From an uncultured Clostridia bacterium (GTDB lineage: Bacteria; Bacillota; Clostridia; Christensenellales; UBA1242), in the NCBI GenBank assembly GCA_944384375.1, contig CALWTE010000015.1, positions 2,237 through 66,236 on the forward strand: a stretch of DNA of 64,000 bases, given 5' to 3'. Positions 1 through 8,240 of this stretch are shown one piece after another. How positions within the stretch are numbered: the stretch's first letter is position 1; each line of letters opens with the position of its first letter. The position numbers and the translations under genes were made by a program. The notes under the pieces are model-generated. The model worked only from the letters and a program-made list of their open reading frames with translations, ran no database searches and had not been told where the DNA came from.

Positions 1-664
1 TATAATCATTTTCTTCCTTTGTGGTTTTTTTAATGTCCAAAATATCGCCTTCAAAAGATTGATTAGAGTATACAATTTCAATTTCTTTGATAGGCTTTGT
101 CTCAATCTCTTTTACCGAATAAGTGTTTAGAATAAATCGCAAATATTCTATATTGTTTGTGTGGTGAGACATATCTATATTTGTATATTTTACCTGCACT
201 TTATCTATTAAAGGCAAATCAACAACATCAAAAGGAGCAAAAGTAATATCAGTTTGAATGTTTTCGGTTAGCATAGTATCATCTACACCTACTGCAGAAA
301 GTTTCTTAATTCTCTTTGTTTCAAGGTCTAGTGCGCAAGCTTCTGTTCGCGAATAGAGTACCTTTTCGCCCGAAGCATCGGTTACTTGCACATCTAAATA
401 CATTTTTGCAATGGAGATATAAGAAATAAAACAAGAAACATCAATTTCACTATTCCAAACAATATTTTTATAGAATTTTACTACCGTTTTGGTGAAAACC
501 CACATGGCGTTGTATTGTTCTTTTGCGGTGATTCCGTCAATTTTGAGTAGCCCTGTTAATTCCGTGATAGCATCTTGAATGATTTGGAAACTACCTATAA
601 TTGATAAATTACTATTTGTATCCGTCATAAAGGCACTTATGGTTTGCTTTTTGTTTAAAATCAT
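1..664 (-). CDS. Acyl-ACP thioesterase (FatA/FatB-like), 3' end runs off the window
   Basis: Not in the ORF track; translated by hand from ATG at 664 (RBS AGGAG): MILNKKQTISAFMTDTNSNLSIIGSFQIIQDA...VKYTNIDMSHHTNNIEYLRFILN, matching the D-x-x-x-H-x-N-N-x-x-Y thioesterase motif. Confidence 0.85.
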   Translation of the reverse strand, partial: MILNKKQTISAFMTDTNSNLSIIGSFQIIQDAITELTGLLKIDGITAKEQYNAMWVFTKTVVKFYKNIVWNSEIDVSCFISYISIAKMYLDVQVTDASGEKVLYSRTEACALDLETKRIKKLSAVGVDDTMLTENIQTDITFAPFDVVDLPLIDKVQVKYTNIDMSHHTNNIEYLRFILNTYSVKEIETKPIKEIEIVYSNQSFEGDILDIKKTTKEENDY

Positions 665-1078
665 AACTTCTCCTAACAGTTTTTTACTTAAATAAAGTAT
701 AGCACAAATGTTTTGTTTAAATAAAGTAAAATAATTAAATTTTTTTAAATCATTAAAAAGAGATTTTATGCTTTATAAAATAGCAACACAAAAAATCATT
801 ATAGTTTTTGTATGCAAAAAACTTAATTTTATTTATTATGATAATTTTTAAGTTTTTTAAAATATTAGGCTAAAAAACATTATTTTTCATTAAATTTTCT
901 AATAATTTGTTGTTTTTTTGTTTTTTTATTAAATGTTTAATTGAAATTTTCTATTTTTTAATAAAAAGCATTTATTTAAATTTTGGGAAACGCCTTTAAA
1001 AATGATGTTTTAATGACTTTTTCTAGACATTTTCAATAAAATATGATAAATTAATAAAAAAGTTAAGGTGGGGGAATA

Positions 1079-1852
1079 ATGGAAATAAAGGCGAGTAATG
1101 GCACAAATTTTATTATGTGGGTATTTTTAGCCGTTGGGCTGATTTTGATGTGTGTAGGTATATGTGTCGCTATTTATTTGGGAGTTGATTCACAAAATTA
1201 CGAAAAAGTGCCTGCCACAATTACAGATATAACAACTTCGCGTGATGGTGATGGCGATGTTAACTATGTAGTTAGTGTAGATTTTGAATTTAACGGGGAA
1301 CAATACATAGATATCCCTACTGGTTTTTGGGTACAGGGAATGTATGAAGGCGAACAAATTACAATTTACTGCCACAAAGATAACCCTACAAATATACGTT
1401 CAGGTTCTATTATGATAATTTTGCCGTGCGTGCTATTTGGTATGGGTGCGTTAATTACGCTTATAATTGCTTTTCCTATACATAGAATGCTAAAACAACA
1501 CGCAATGGCAAGGCAAATTCGTGAAACTGGTGAGATGGTTCGTTGCAAGATAACCGCTGTTATACCTGATACATCTTATAGAGTTAACGGCAGAATTGTT
1601 AATAATTTTATTGAATGTCAGCCTATTGATGAAAACATCACAGCGACTTACAAAAGCCAAGCTTTTAACCAAAAATACCCTGTGACAGTAGACGATGTTG
1701 TTAATATTTATATTGATGCTATTGATAGCTCAAAATATTATGTAGATTTAAATTCAATAGAACCAGCAGACATTTTAGCAGAGTACTATGCACAAGATTT
1801 TGAAAATTCGTTAGACGACAATCAAGACAAAAACAAAGAAAATTCGGTATAA
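1079..1852 (+). CDS. DUF3592-like membrane protein
   Basis: TM helix - beta-rich segment (PATITDI...VSVDFEFNGEQY...GEQITIYCHKDNP) - TM helix, then a second similar beta-rich segment; RBS GGGGGA. Confidence 0.6.
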   Translation: MEIKASNGTNFIMWVFLAVGLILMCVGICVAIYLGVDSQNYEKVPATITDITTSRDGDGDVNYVVSVDFEFNGEQYIDIPTGFWVQGMYEGEQITIYCHKDNPTNIRSGSIMIILPCVLFGMGALITLIIAFPIHRMLKQHAMARQIRETGEMVRCKITAVIPDTSYRVNGRIVNNFIECQPIDENITATYKSQAFNQKYPVTVDDVVNIYIDAIDSSKYYVDLNSIEPADILAEYYAQDFENSLDDNQDKNKENSV

Positions 1853-2212
1853 AATTATTAAAAAACAATAAAAAACATTAAAAAATTGCAAAAAATCATA
1901 AAAAATTCGCTGTTTTTATTAATTTTTGATATAAAATTAAAAAACATATTTGAAAAATACAGTAAAGATACTTATACATTCACTAAAAAAATAAAATTTA
2001 ATAAAAATCATTAAAAATTAATAAAAAATTACAAAAAATTGATAAAATTTAATAGAAAATAGATATTATTTAAAAAATTAATTAAGAAAAAATAATTAAA
2101 AATATCAAAAATGAACAGCACTTAAAAATAAAAACTAGTCTTTTTAGTTTCTGCAAAAATGAAATAGATTGCGGAATAATATACTTTTGAAAGTATCTAT
2201 TTAAGACTAGTT

Positions 2213-2686
2213 TTATTTATTTAATATTGTTTCTTTTATTTCTGTATAAATTTTATCCACCGCAGTTTTTTCACCTTCAATAGCAACAACTGCGGTAACT
2301 CGTGGTTCGGTGTATTCGTCTAATTCAAATTTCACATTGCCCTTAGTGTAGGTATGCCTTATACGAATTAGGGTGTTGTCTTTTTTATAATTCAAAAAAT
2401 CTAAGATTGACGCTACTGCTAAATCATCGGTGAATTCAAGGGGCATTGATTCGCGCAGTTCTTTCAAAATTGCACCCTCAACCCAGTTATCTTCTTTGAA
2501 ATCTAACTCTTTCTTTATAGTACCGTTTATACTATTTACTGTGATTCTTGCCATAGTTTTATTGGGATTGCGGTAGATTGTCCTAGTTTGCTGGCTGGTT
2601 TCCATCAAGGTAAAGTCGTTTGTTTTGCAATACTCTATAAAAGGCGCTAAATCTTTTACTTCTAAACTATATTCGTATTCTTTCAT
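2213..2686 (-). CDS. CYTH-domain protein (class IV adenylate cyclase / triphosphatase fold)
   Basis: N-terminal EYEYS (ExExK-like), RTIY, conserved R/K residues, VKFELDEY and VAIEG segments. Confidence 0.7.
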   Translation of the reverse strand: MKEYEYSLEVKDLAPFIEYCKTNDFTLMETSQQTRTIYRNPNKTMARITVNSINGTIKKELDFKEDNWVEGAILKELRESMPLEFTDDLAVASILDFLNYKKDNTLIRIRHTYTKGNVKFELDEYTEPRVTAVVAIEGEKTAVDKIYTEIKETILNK

Positions 2687-2875
2687 AAGTTCCCCTTATT
2701 GTTAATAATTATATAGAAAATTTTTAATAGTTAATATTTAAAAAAGTATAACATATAAAAAATATTTTTGCTACCGTATCAAACAAAGAAATTAGACAAA
2801 TTTTAGAAAATGTATAATTTTATTTGTGAAATTATTTTATATATGATATAATGAAAAAAAGACTTAGGGGGAAGC

Positions 2876-3322
2876 ATGGACAATTTAGATTACCAAGCAA
2901 TTACTCCACCTGCAAAAATGGTGGCCAAAATGTATTTAATTAGATGCGGGAAAATTCTGTTTGCGCTGTCTTTAATTATGACCATTATTTCAATTTTGCC
3001 TAGTTTTTTATTTTTAATGATTGCTGGCTATATTTTATTTTGGTTCATTGTCGTTATATGTTCGTTGGGTACAATTTTTGTTACGAATCCAGAATTTGCT
3101 GGTTCAATAACTTCGGTAACGGATAATTTGGCAAATATTACGACCGCACTCCTAGATGCGTCATATTACCTTTTGCCACTTGCGATAGTTGCTGGGGTAT
3201 TTTCCATTATCTTTTTAGTAACAGATAAAACTGATAAGCATATTCCTAGAATTGTATTTTCTTCAATCTTTATTGCGATTGCAGTAATTTTGTTGATTAT
3301 ACGAATTGTGAATATGGTGTAG
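2876..3322 (+). CDS. Hypothetical integral membrane protein (3-4 TM)
   Basis: 148-aa ORF, RBS GGGGGA, long hydrophobic stretches. Confidence 0.7.
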   Translation: MDNLDYQAITPPAKMVAKMYLIRCGKILFALSLIMTIISILPSFLFLMIAGYILFWFIVVICSLGTIFVTNPEFAGSITSVTDNLANITTALLDASYYLLPLAIVAGVFSIIFLVTDKTDKHIPRIVFSSIFIAIAVILLIIRIVNMV

Positions 3323-3332
3323 TGGGTGAGTT

Positions 3333-3833
3333 ATGAACAATATTAATATAGAAATTGCGGGCGCGAATGATAAATTTAGGCCAAACGTCTTTATAGACGG
3401 CAAGGAAGTTAAATACACTAAAAACAATTTCGGCGCTCTTGAATTAAACTATGCAACCGAAAAAGATAGTATAGAAATTTCCATATGCAAGTATTTGGAG
3501 ATTAGTGGTAAACTTTGGTTTTTAATGTCTTTGTTTTTCTTTGTAATTAGTCTGTTTGGCATATTTGATGCCCGATACGACAAAAAATGTGTAGTAATTG
3601 ATTGCAAATATAAAATCAAATTAAAAGAACAGACAAATATTAAATTTACACTTTGCAATATAGAAAATACGGGCAGGGCTGTTGTTTGGGAAGGCGATTG
3701 CGAGTGTGAACAAATTAAAAATGAAGGATATATAGATAAAAAAGCAAAAAAACGCCTAAAAATTATGCTTGCAGTTAAAATTTTAATGTGGATTGCATTA
3801 ATAGTCGGCATAATACTTGCTTTGGCTCTATAA
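3333..3833 (+). CDS. Hypothetical membrane protein (2 TM)
   Basis: 166-aa ORF 10 bp after the previous one; central and C-terminal hydrophobic helices. Confidence 0.7.
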   Translation: MNNINIEIAGANDKFRPNVFIDGKEVKYTKNNFGALELNYATEKDSIEISICKYLEISGKLWFLMSLFFFVISLFGIFDARYDKKCVVIDCKYKIKLKEQTNIKFTLCNIENTGRAVVWEGDCECEQIKNEGYIDKKAKKRLKIMLAVKILMWIALIVGIILALAL

Positions 3834-3850
3834 ATTAGGGGGATAAAAAT

Positions 3851-4331
3851 ATAAATTATTTATTAAAAACAAAGTTTTTTCTGTGGGTGACGGCTCAAAA
3901 GTTCTTGACGAAAATCAAAATCCAGTATATAAGGTAAAGGGTAAAGTGTTCAGCATAACTAGGAAAAAGTTTATATACGATATGCAAGACAACCTTTTAT
4001 TTACGATAAGGAACAAGTGGTTTAACTGGTTTGTGCACAAGGCATATATTTATGACGCAAATAAAAACAAAATTGCCACAGTAAAAGATAAATTCTTTAA
4101 CGTTAACAAAGAGTACTTTGTGCAAGATTATAAAGACGAAATAAAACTTGATGGAAAATTCTTTTCGCTTACTTGTAATATACTAAAAAAAGTGAAGTTG
4201 TAGGTACAATTCGTAGGGAAATCAACCTAGTTGCAGACAGTTTTGAACTGGACGCAAAAGATGAAGATGCGCAATTTTTAGTAGCCTTAGTGATTGCAAT
4301 TGACAACATAACTGACAAAAAACGCAAGTAA
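3851..4331 (+). pseudogene. LURP-one/Tubby-C-like (scramblase-like) protein, disrupted by loss of the start-codon G and a frameshift in an A7 run
   Basis: RBS GGGGG then AT[G missing]AAATTATTTATTAAAAAC = (M)KLFIKNKVFSVGDGSKVLDENQNPVYKVKGK; after A7 at 4185-4191 the -1 frame gives EVVGTIRREINLVADSFELDAKDEDAQFLVALVIAIDNITDKKRK*, the typical family C-terminus. Confidence 0.75.
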
Positions 4332-4615
4332 GTCGCAATTTTTGGTAAAAATAAAAACATTCTCTTAATTAAAAATGGATTTTAAATTAATGACTTTTGA
4401 ATATCCATTTTTATAAAAATTAGGGAATGTTTTTTATTTTTGCATTATTTTATATTTTTTAGTTATAGGAACTAGTCATTTTTAAAAGTATTGCGAATTA
4501 TGTAAATGCTATAAATATTTTTTATGTCAATAAATTATAAGAACTTACTCCGCTTTAAAACTATCTAAAATAATAAATTTTATAAGATTTAATATGGCCA
4601 CAAATTATGAAAAAC

Positions 4616-5266
4616 TTACTTCGCTTTAAATATGCAGTGAATTGTTTTTTCTACTGTAATATCTTCGGGAACAATTGAATTTGCAATATTGTTCTCAGTA
4701 GATGCCTTTGCATAAACCCTTGTGAGCGAATTATCTAGTCTAGTAGGCGAAACAAATTGTTCTTCAAATGGGGCAGAACTGATTTTTTCACAACCCTTTA
4801 AAGTTTTGCCGCTAGCTTGTGCGATTGCCTGCGCGTAAAAATAAGCGTCTTTATATGCTAAATCTATAACTTGTTGCTTTACTTTTTCGTTTTCTTTTAC
4901 TCCAAATTGTATTGAGTAAGTGGGCGGAATAGGTAATTTGCTGATTTCCGTCATAATTTGTGCAATTTTATCCATATTATAATCAATGTTTAAGCGTAGA
5001 TTTTGGTTGAATGAATACCCGTCTTTTACATATTTGCGCCTTATTTCGTCGTAAACTTGTTCTTCATTGATGTAGAAAGATTGAGTTTTTATTTCGTCCT
5101 TCTTAAAGCCTAAATTATTTAAAAGATTAATAAAACTGCTGACAGTACTAGCGCCTTGCTCCAAAACCTTATCATAAGTATCGGCTTTGACTTTATAATT
5201 AAAGTTAATTTTGATTTGGTCTGGGGTAATTTTTAATTTTCCAGTGCCTTCTACAATAATTTCCAT
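4616..5266 (-). CDS. SIMPL-domain (DUF541) protein
   Basis: IIVEGTGKLKITPD start, AYKDA..YAQAIA..G motif, C-terminal ITVEKTI..F. Confidence 0.8.
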   Translation of the reverse strand: MEIIVEGTGKLKITPDQIKINFNYKVKADTYDKVLEQGASTVSSFINLLNNLGFKKDEIKTQSFYINEEQVYDEIRRKYVKDGYSFNQNLRLNIDYNMDKIAQIMTEISKLPIPPTYSIQFGVKENEKVKQQVIDLAYKDAYFYAQAIAQASGKTLKGCEKISSAPFEEQFVSPTRLDNSLTRVYAKASTENNIANSIVPEDITVEKTIHCIFKAK

Positions 5267-5631
5267 TTTTATTCTCCTTTTTATTGATATATAAAAATGA
5301 TATAAGATAATTTTAGAAAAATCAATACTTAACTAGGCATAGGCAACAGGGAATACGAAATTGTTGATTTGTATAAAGAATAATTTAAAATCAATAATCT
5401 AAAAATTTTAAAAACACAAATATAAACCAAAACTATTTTTATAATTTTATGTTTTTAAGTTAAAAACAAATAATAATAAATCTATTCTAAATTATAAAAG
5501 TACAAGGCTTATTTTGATGTTATTGCTAATGCAAAAAATTAAAAAAATGATAGAAATAGCAAAAAAATCTATAAAAAATGCAAAAAAATTGCATTTTTTT
5601 ACTGTTTTCATTATAAAAAGGAGAAAAAATT

Positions 5632-5922
5632 ATGAAAAAACAAACAGCAGGCAGAGATAATTTAGGAGATTTAGCACCTAAATTTGCTGAATTAAACGAC
5701 GACGTTTTGTTTGGACAAGTTTGGTCGCGTGATGTTTTGAGTTTGCGTGATAGGAGTCTTGCTACAGTTACGGCACTAATTGCAAAAGGGATTTTTGATA
5801 ATTCGCTAAAATCACATTTGCAAAACGCAAAAAATAACGAAATTACAAAGTTGGAAATGGTGGAGTTGGTTACTCATTTAGCCTTTCAAAACCCTTGTCC
5901 GCTATTTGAATTTTCAAGATAA
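5632..5922 (+). pseudogene. Carboxymuconolactone decarboxylase (CMD/AhpD-like) protein, 3'-truncated
   Basis: MKKQTAGRDNLGDLAPKFAELNDDVLFGQVWSR...RDRSLATVTALIA...THLAF; the expected YxGWP continuation is missing and the frame ends in unrelated sequence. Confidence 0.8.
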
Positions 5923-6019
5923 GGGAATGATTTTAGGTCGTGGCTGTGGCACACCTAATATGACAGCACACTCTAGTTATATGAATAAAGCTTATGAACT
6001 TGGCAAAAGTTTGAAATAA
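5885..6019 (+). pseudogene. C-terminal remnant of a flavodoxin-like / NADPH-dependent FMN reductase protein
   Basis: Start-less frame FKTLVRYLNFQDKGMILGRGCGTPNMTAHSSYMNKAYELGKSLK*; the AYELGKSL ending is typical of this family. Confidence 0.6.
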
Positions 6020-6058
6020 TATATTTATTATTTAAGCTTTTTTATAGTAGATAAATAG

Positions 6059-6092
6059 AAAAAGGATAATGCGTAATACATTATCCTTTTTT
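6059..6092. terminator. Bidirectional intrinsic terminator
   Basis: AAAAAGGATAATG-cgtaata-CATTATCCTTTTTT between convergent genes. Confidence 0.8.
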
Positions 6093-6110
6093 AGTTAGTT
6101 TAATTTTTGT

Positions 6111-6632
6111 TTATGCTGTAGTTTCTGCGTTGTCATCTGTTGGGAGTGGGGTACCATTTAAGGTATAAATTACGTACATTTGATAGTATGTAGATTCGCT
6201 ATCTGGAGTATTATTTCTAATATCTTCGGTACTTTTTAAAGGGCCGAAATTAAAATATAATACATTGCCATCAAAATAACCATCAGTCCAGAATTCACCT
6301 TTATAAGTAAACTCAACCTTGCCTTCGCTGTCAATCGTATATGCATCTACGAAAGACACTTCTACTGAAGAAGATTCAGGAGAAGAGTGGGTAACTGTAC
6401 CATCACTGTTTAATGTTAAATCAGCGGTCCATTTAACAGACACAGGTAAAGTATCTTCAACTCCATAATTAGTTACTTCGTCTGTAGTAGTATTTATTAA
6501 ACGATACCCTACAATCTTATATGTACCATATTCAATCTCGTATGATTCCCCACACGCTGTAAGCAACATTGCTATAGGTATTATTAGCAAAATTGCCAGC
6601 ATCCCAAAACCAAACGTTTTAACTTTTTCCAT
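6111..6632 (-). CDS. Lipoprotein of unknown function (lipocalin-like beta fold possible)
   Basis: Signal peptide with lipobox LTAC-G; GTYKIVGY segment; acidic Ser/Thr-rich mature part. Confidence 0.7.
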   Translation of the reverse strand: MEKVKTFGFGMLAILLIIPIAMLLTACGESYEIEYGTYKIVGYRLINTTTDEVTNYGVEDTLPVSVKWTADLTLNSDGTVTHSSPESSSVEVSFVDAYTIDSEGKVEFTYKGEFWTDGYFDGNVLYFNFGPLKSTEDIRNNTPDSESTYYQMYVIYTLNGTPLPTDDNAETTA

Positions 6633-6658
6633 AAAATACCTTTTCCTTTGTTAGATTT

Positions 6659-7459
6659 TTACGCTTCTACATAAGAATCTAAGTCGCTAGGTGCTTTTAC
6701 TTCTTCATCAGAAACAGCAAGTTGTATGTCATATGTTACATTAGCAGTCTCATTATTAGGTCCTGTAGGCATTTCACCTTGTGCTTTAAATGCTATACCA
6801 CGGAAGTTGTCTTCACCATCAAAAATGATATACATTTCTAATTGAGTAACACCTTCTGGCTTTTCATTTAGAGTTACTTTAATTTTTTGAGCATTACGTT
6901 CTTCAGCGAAACCTACTATCATGTTGTCACTGCCAGAATCTCCTATGCCACCAAACATGTCCATAATCAATTCAGGACTCATACTTGAAGCTGCTCCTAA
7001 TGCGCCACTAGGGTCATCATTAAGTGAGGTGACTTTTGTCTTTGTACCATTGTTGTTTAGGTATGCTTCAACAGTACCTGCGCTTGTAATTTCAATGTAC
7101 ATTGAGCCGTCGTAGTTTTGGTCAAACTCTTCGCCGTTTACGTAGGCTTCAATCATCATCTTCATACCAGTTACTTCAGTACCTTCCATAGTTGCTTGAG
7201 CATGACCAGTTATTTCCATTTTGTTACCGCCAACTTCAAGCATGTATTTCATTTCATAGCCTGTAGGCACATCCATAGTATCTAAAGAATTCATTAATTG
7301 ATAAGCTTTAGATTCTTGCAAGTTATCAGCAGATATTTCTTCATAGCTTCCGCCTAAGTCAATCAAGTCTTGATTGCCACAAGCAGCAAACAAAGGAAGG
7401 CAAAGAACAACTAATAAAGCAGGAACAATGAACAAGCCTATTCTTAAACTTTTTGTCAT
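6659..7459 (-). CDS. Lipoprotein of unknown function
   Basis: Signal peptide with lipobox FAAC-G; RBS AGGAG; acidic beta-rich mature part. Confidence 0.75.
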   Translation of the reverse strand: MTKSLRIGLFIVPALLVVLCLPLFAACGNQDLIDLGGSYEEISADNLQESKAYQLMNSLDTMDVPTGYEMKYMLEVGGNKMEITGHAQATMEGTEVTGMKMMIEAYVNGEEFDQNYDGSMYIEITSAGTVEAYLNNNGTKTKVTSLNDDPSGALGAASSMSPELIMDMFGGIGDSGSDNMIVGFAEERNAQKIKVTLNEKPEGVTQLEMYIIFDGEDNFRGIAFKAQGEMPTGPNNETANVTYDIQLAVSDEEVKAPSDLDSYVEA

Positions 7460-7603
7460 AGTTTACTCCTTAAAAAATTTTTTTGGACTCCTATTTAATT
7501 AACTAATTACAAAATATTACTATTTTGCAGGTGGTTTTATCAGTTAACTAAACAGAATGGTATTACAAATTGCCTTTTAGCAATATTATAATTGAATTTA
7601 AGA

Positions 7604-8052
7604 GTACAATCTAATTTTGTATTTCGCTTTCGCTCAGTACAAACGATTGCACTTCCGTACAATCTAGTATTGCACCCTTTTTTTGATTAGGGTACAATCT
7701 AATTTTGTCCCCTCCCGTTGTTGGGTACAAACGATTGTCCTAGTACAATCTGTACTTTTCTTTACTAAAGTACAAACGATTGTCCTAGGGTACAATCTAA
7801 TTTTGCATTTCGCTTTCGCTCAGTACAAACGATTGCACTAGAGTACAATCTAATTTTGTACCTTTTTTAGTGTAAGGTACAAACGATTGTACCAGTACAA
7901 TCTAAAGATTGTCCTTTCTATTATATAGAGTACAATCTAATTTTGTCCCCTCCCGTTGGTGGGTACAAACGATTGTCCTAAGTACAATCTAATTTTGTAC
8001 TCCTTTGGGTCGGAGTACAATAGATTGCACTCAGTACAATCTAATTTTGTAC
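7604..8052. repeat. Array of 17 GTACAA-based palindromic boxes with alternating variable 14-16 nt and 2-4 nt spacers
   Basis: Box A GTACAATCTAATTTTGTAC (variants at 7604, 7692, 7743 shortened, 7790, 7843, 7930, 7982, 8034), box B GTACAAACGATTGYMC (7637, 7725, 7770, 7823, 7877, 7963, 8015 variant), hybrid boxes at 7657 and 7895. Confidence 0.95.
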
Positions 8053-8185
8053 AATTTTGAGAAAATTGTCAAGCGAATTAGTGTAATTAAATACACTAAT
8101 AGTGAAGTAATTTGGGGAAATAACGCAAGTATTATTAAAATATGACAAAAAATACAAAAAAGTAACCTAAAATTATTAAATTTGT

Positions 8186-8215
8186 TTGACAGTTTTTGTA
8201 AATTTAGAGTAAAAT
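8186..8215 (+). promoter_or_regulatory. Sigma-A-like promoter for the hypothetical-radC operon
   Basis: TTGACA-18 nt-TAAAAT, 25 bp upstream of the ORF at 8241. Confidence 0.6.
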
Positions 8216-8240
8216 CATATAAAATTATACGTAGATAAAG

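Noticed and set aside
7604-8052. CRISPR array
   Set aside because: Two alternating repeat types, spacers of only 14-16 and 2-4 nt, repeated spacers and no cas gene in the window
7604-8052. Canonical TIGR array or integron attC cluster
   Set aside because: No paired 9-nt spacers with box C/D motifs and no Nop-domain gene; no GTTRRRY/RYYYAAC cores, no cassette ORFs and no integrase. Kept only as structural analogies
7604-8052. Protein-coding repeat
   Set aside because: No ORF of 60 aa or more in the track, and unit lengths (35, 47, 51-53 bp) do not preserve a frame
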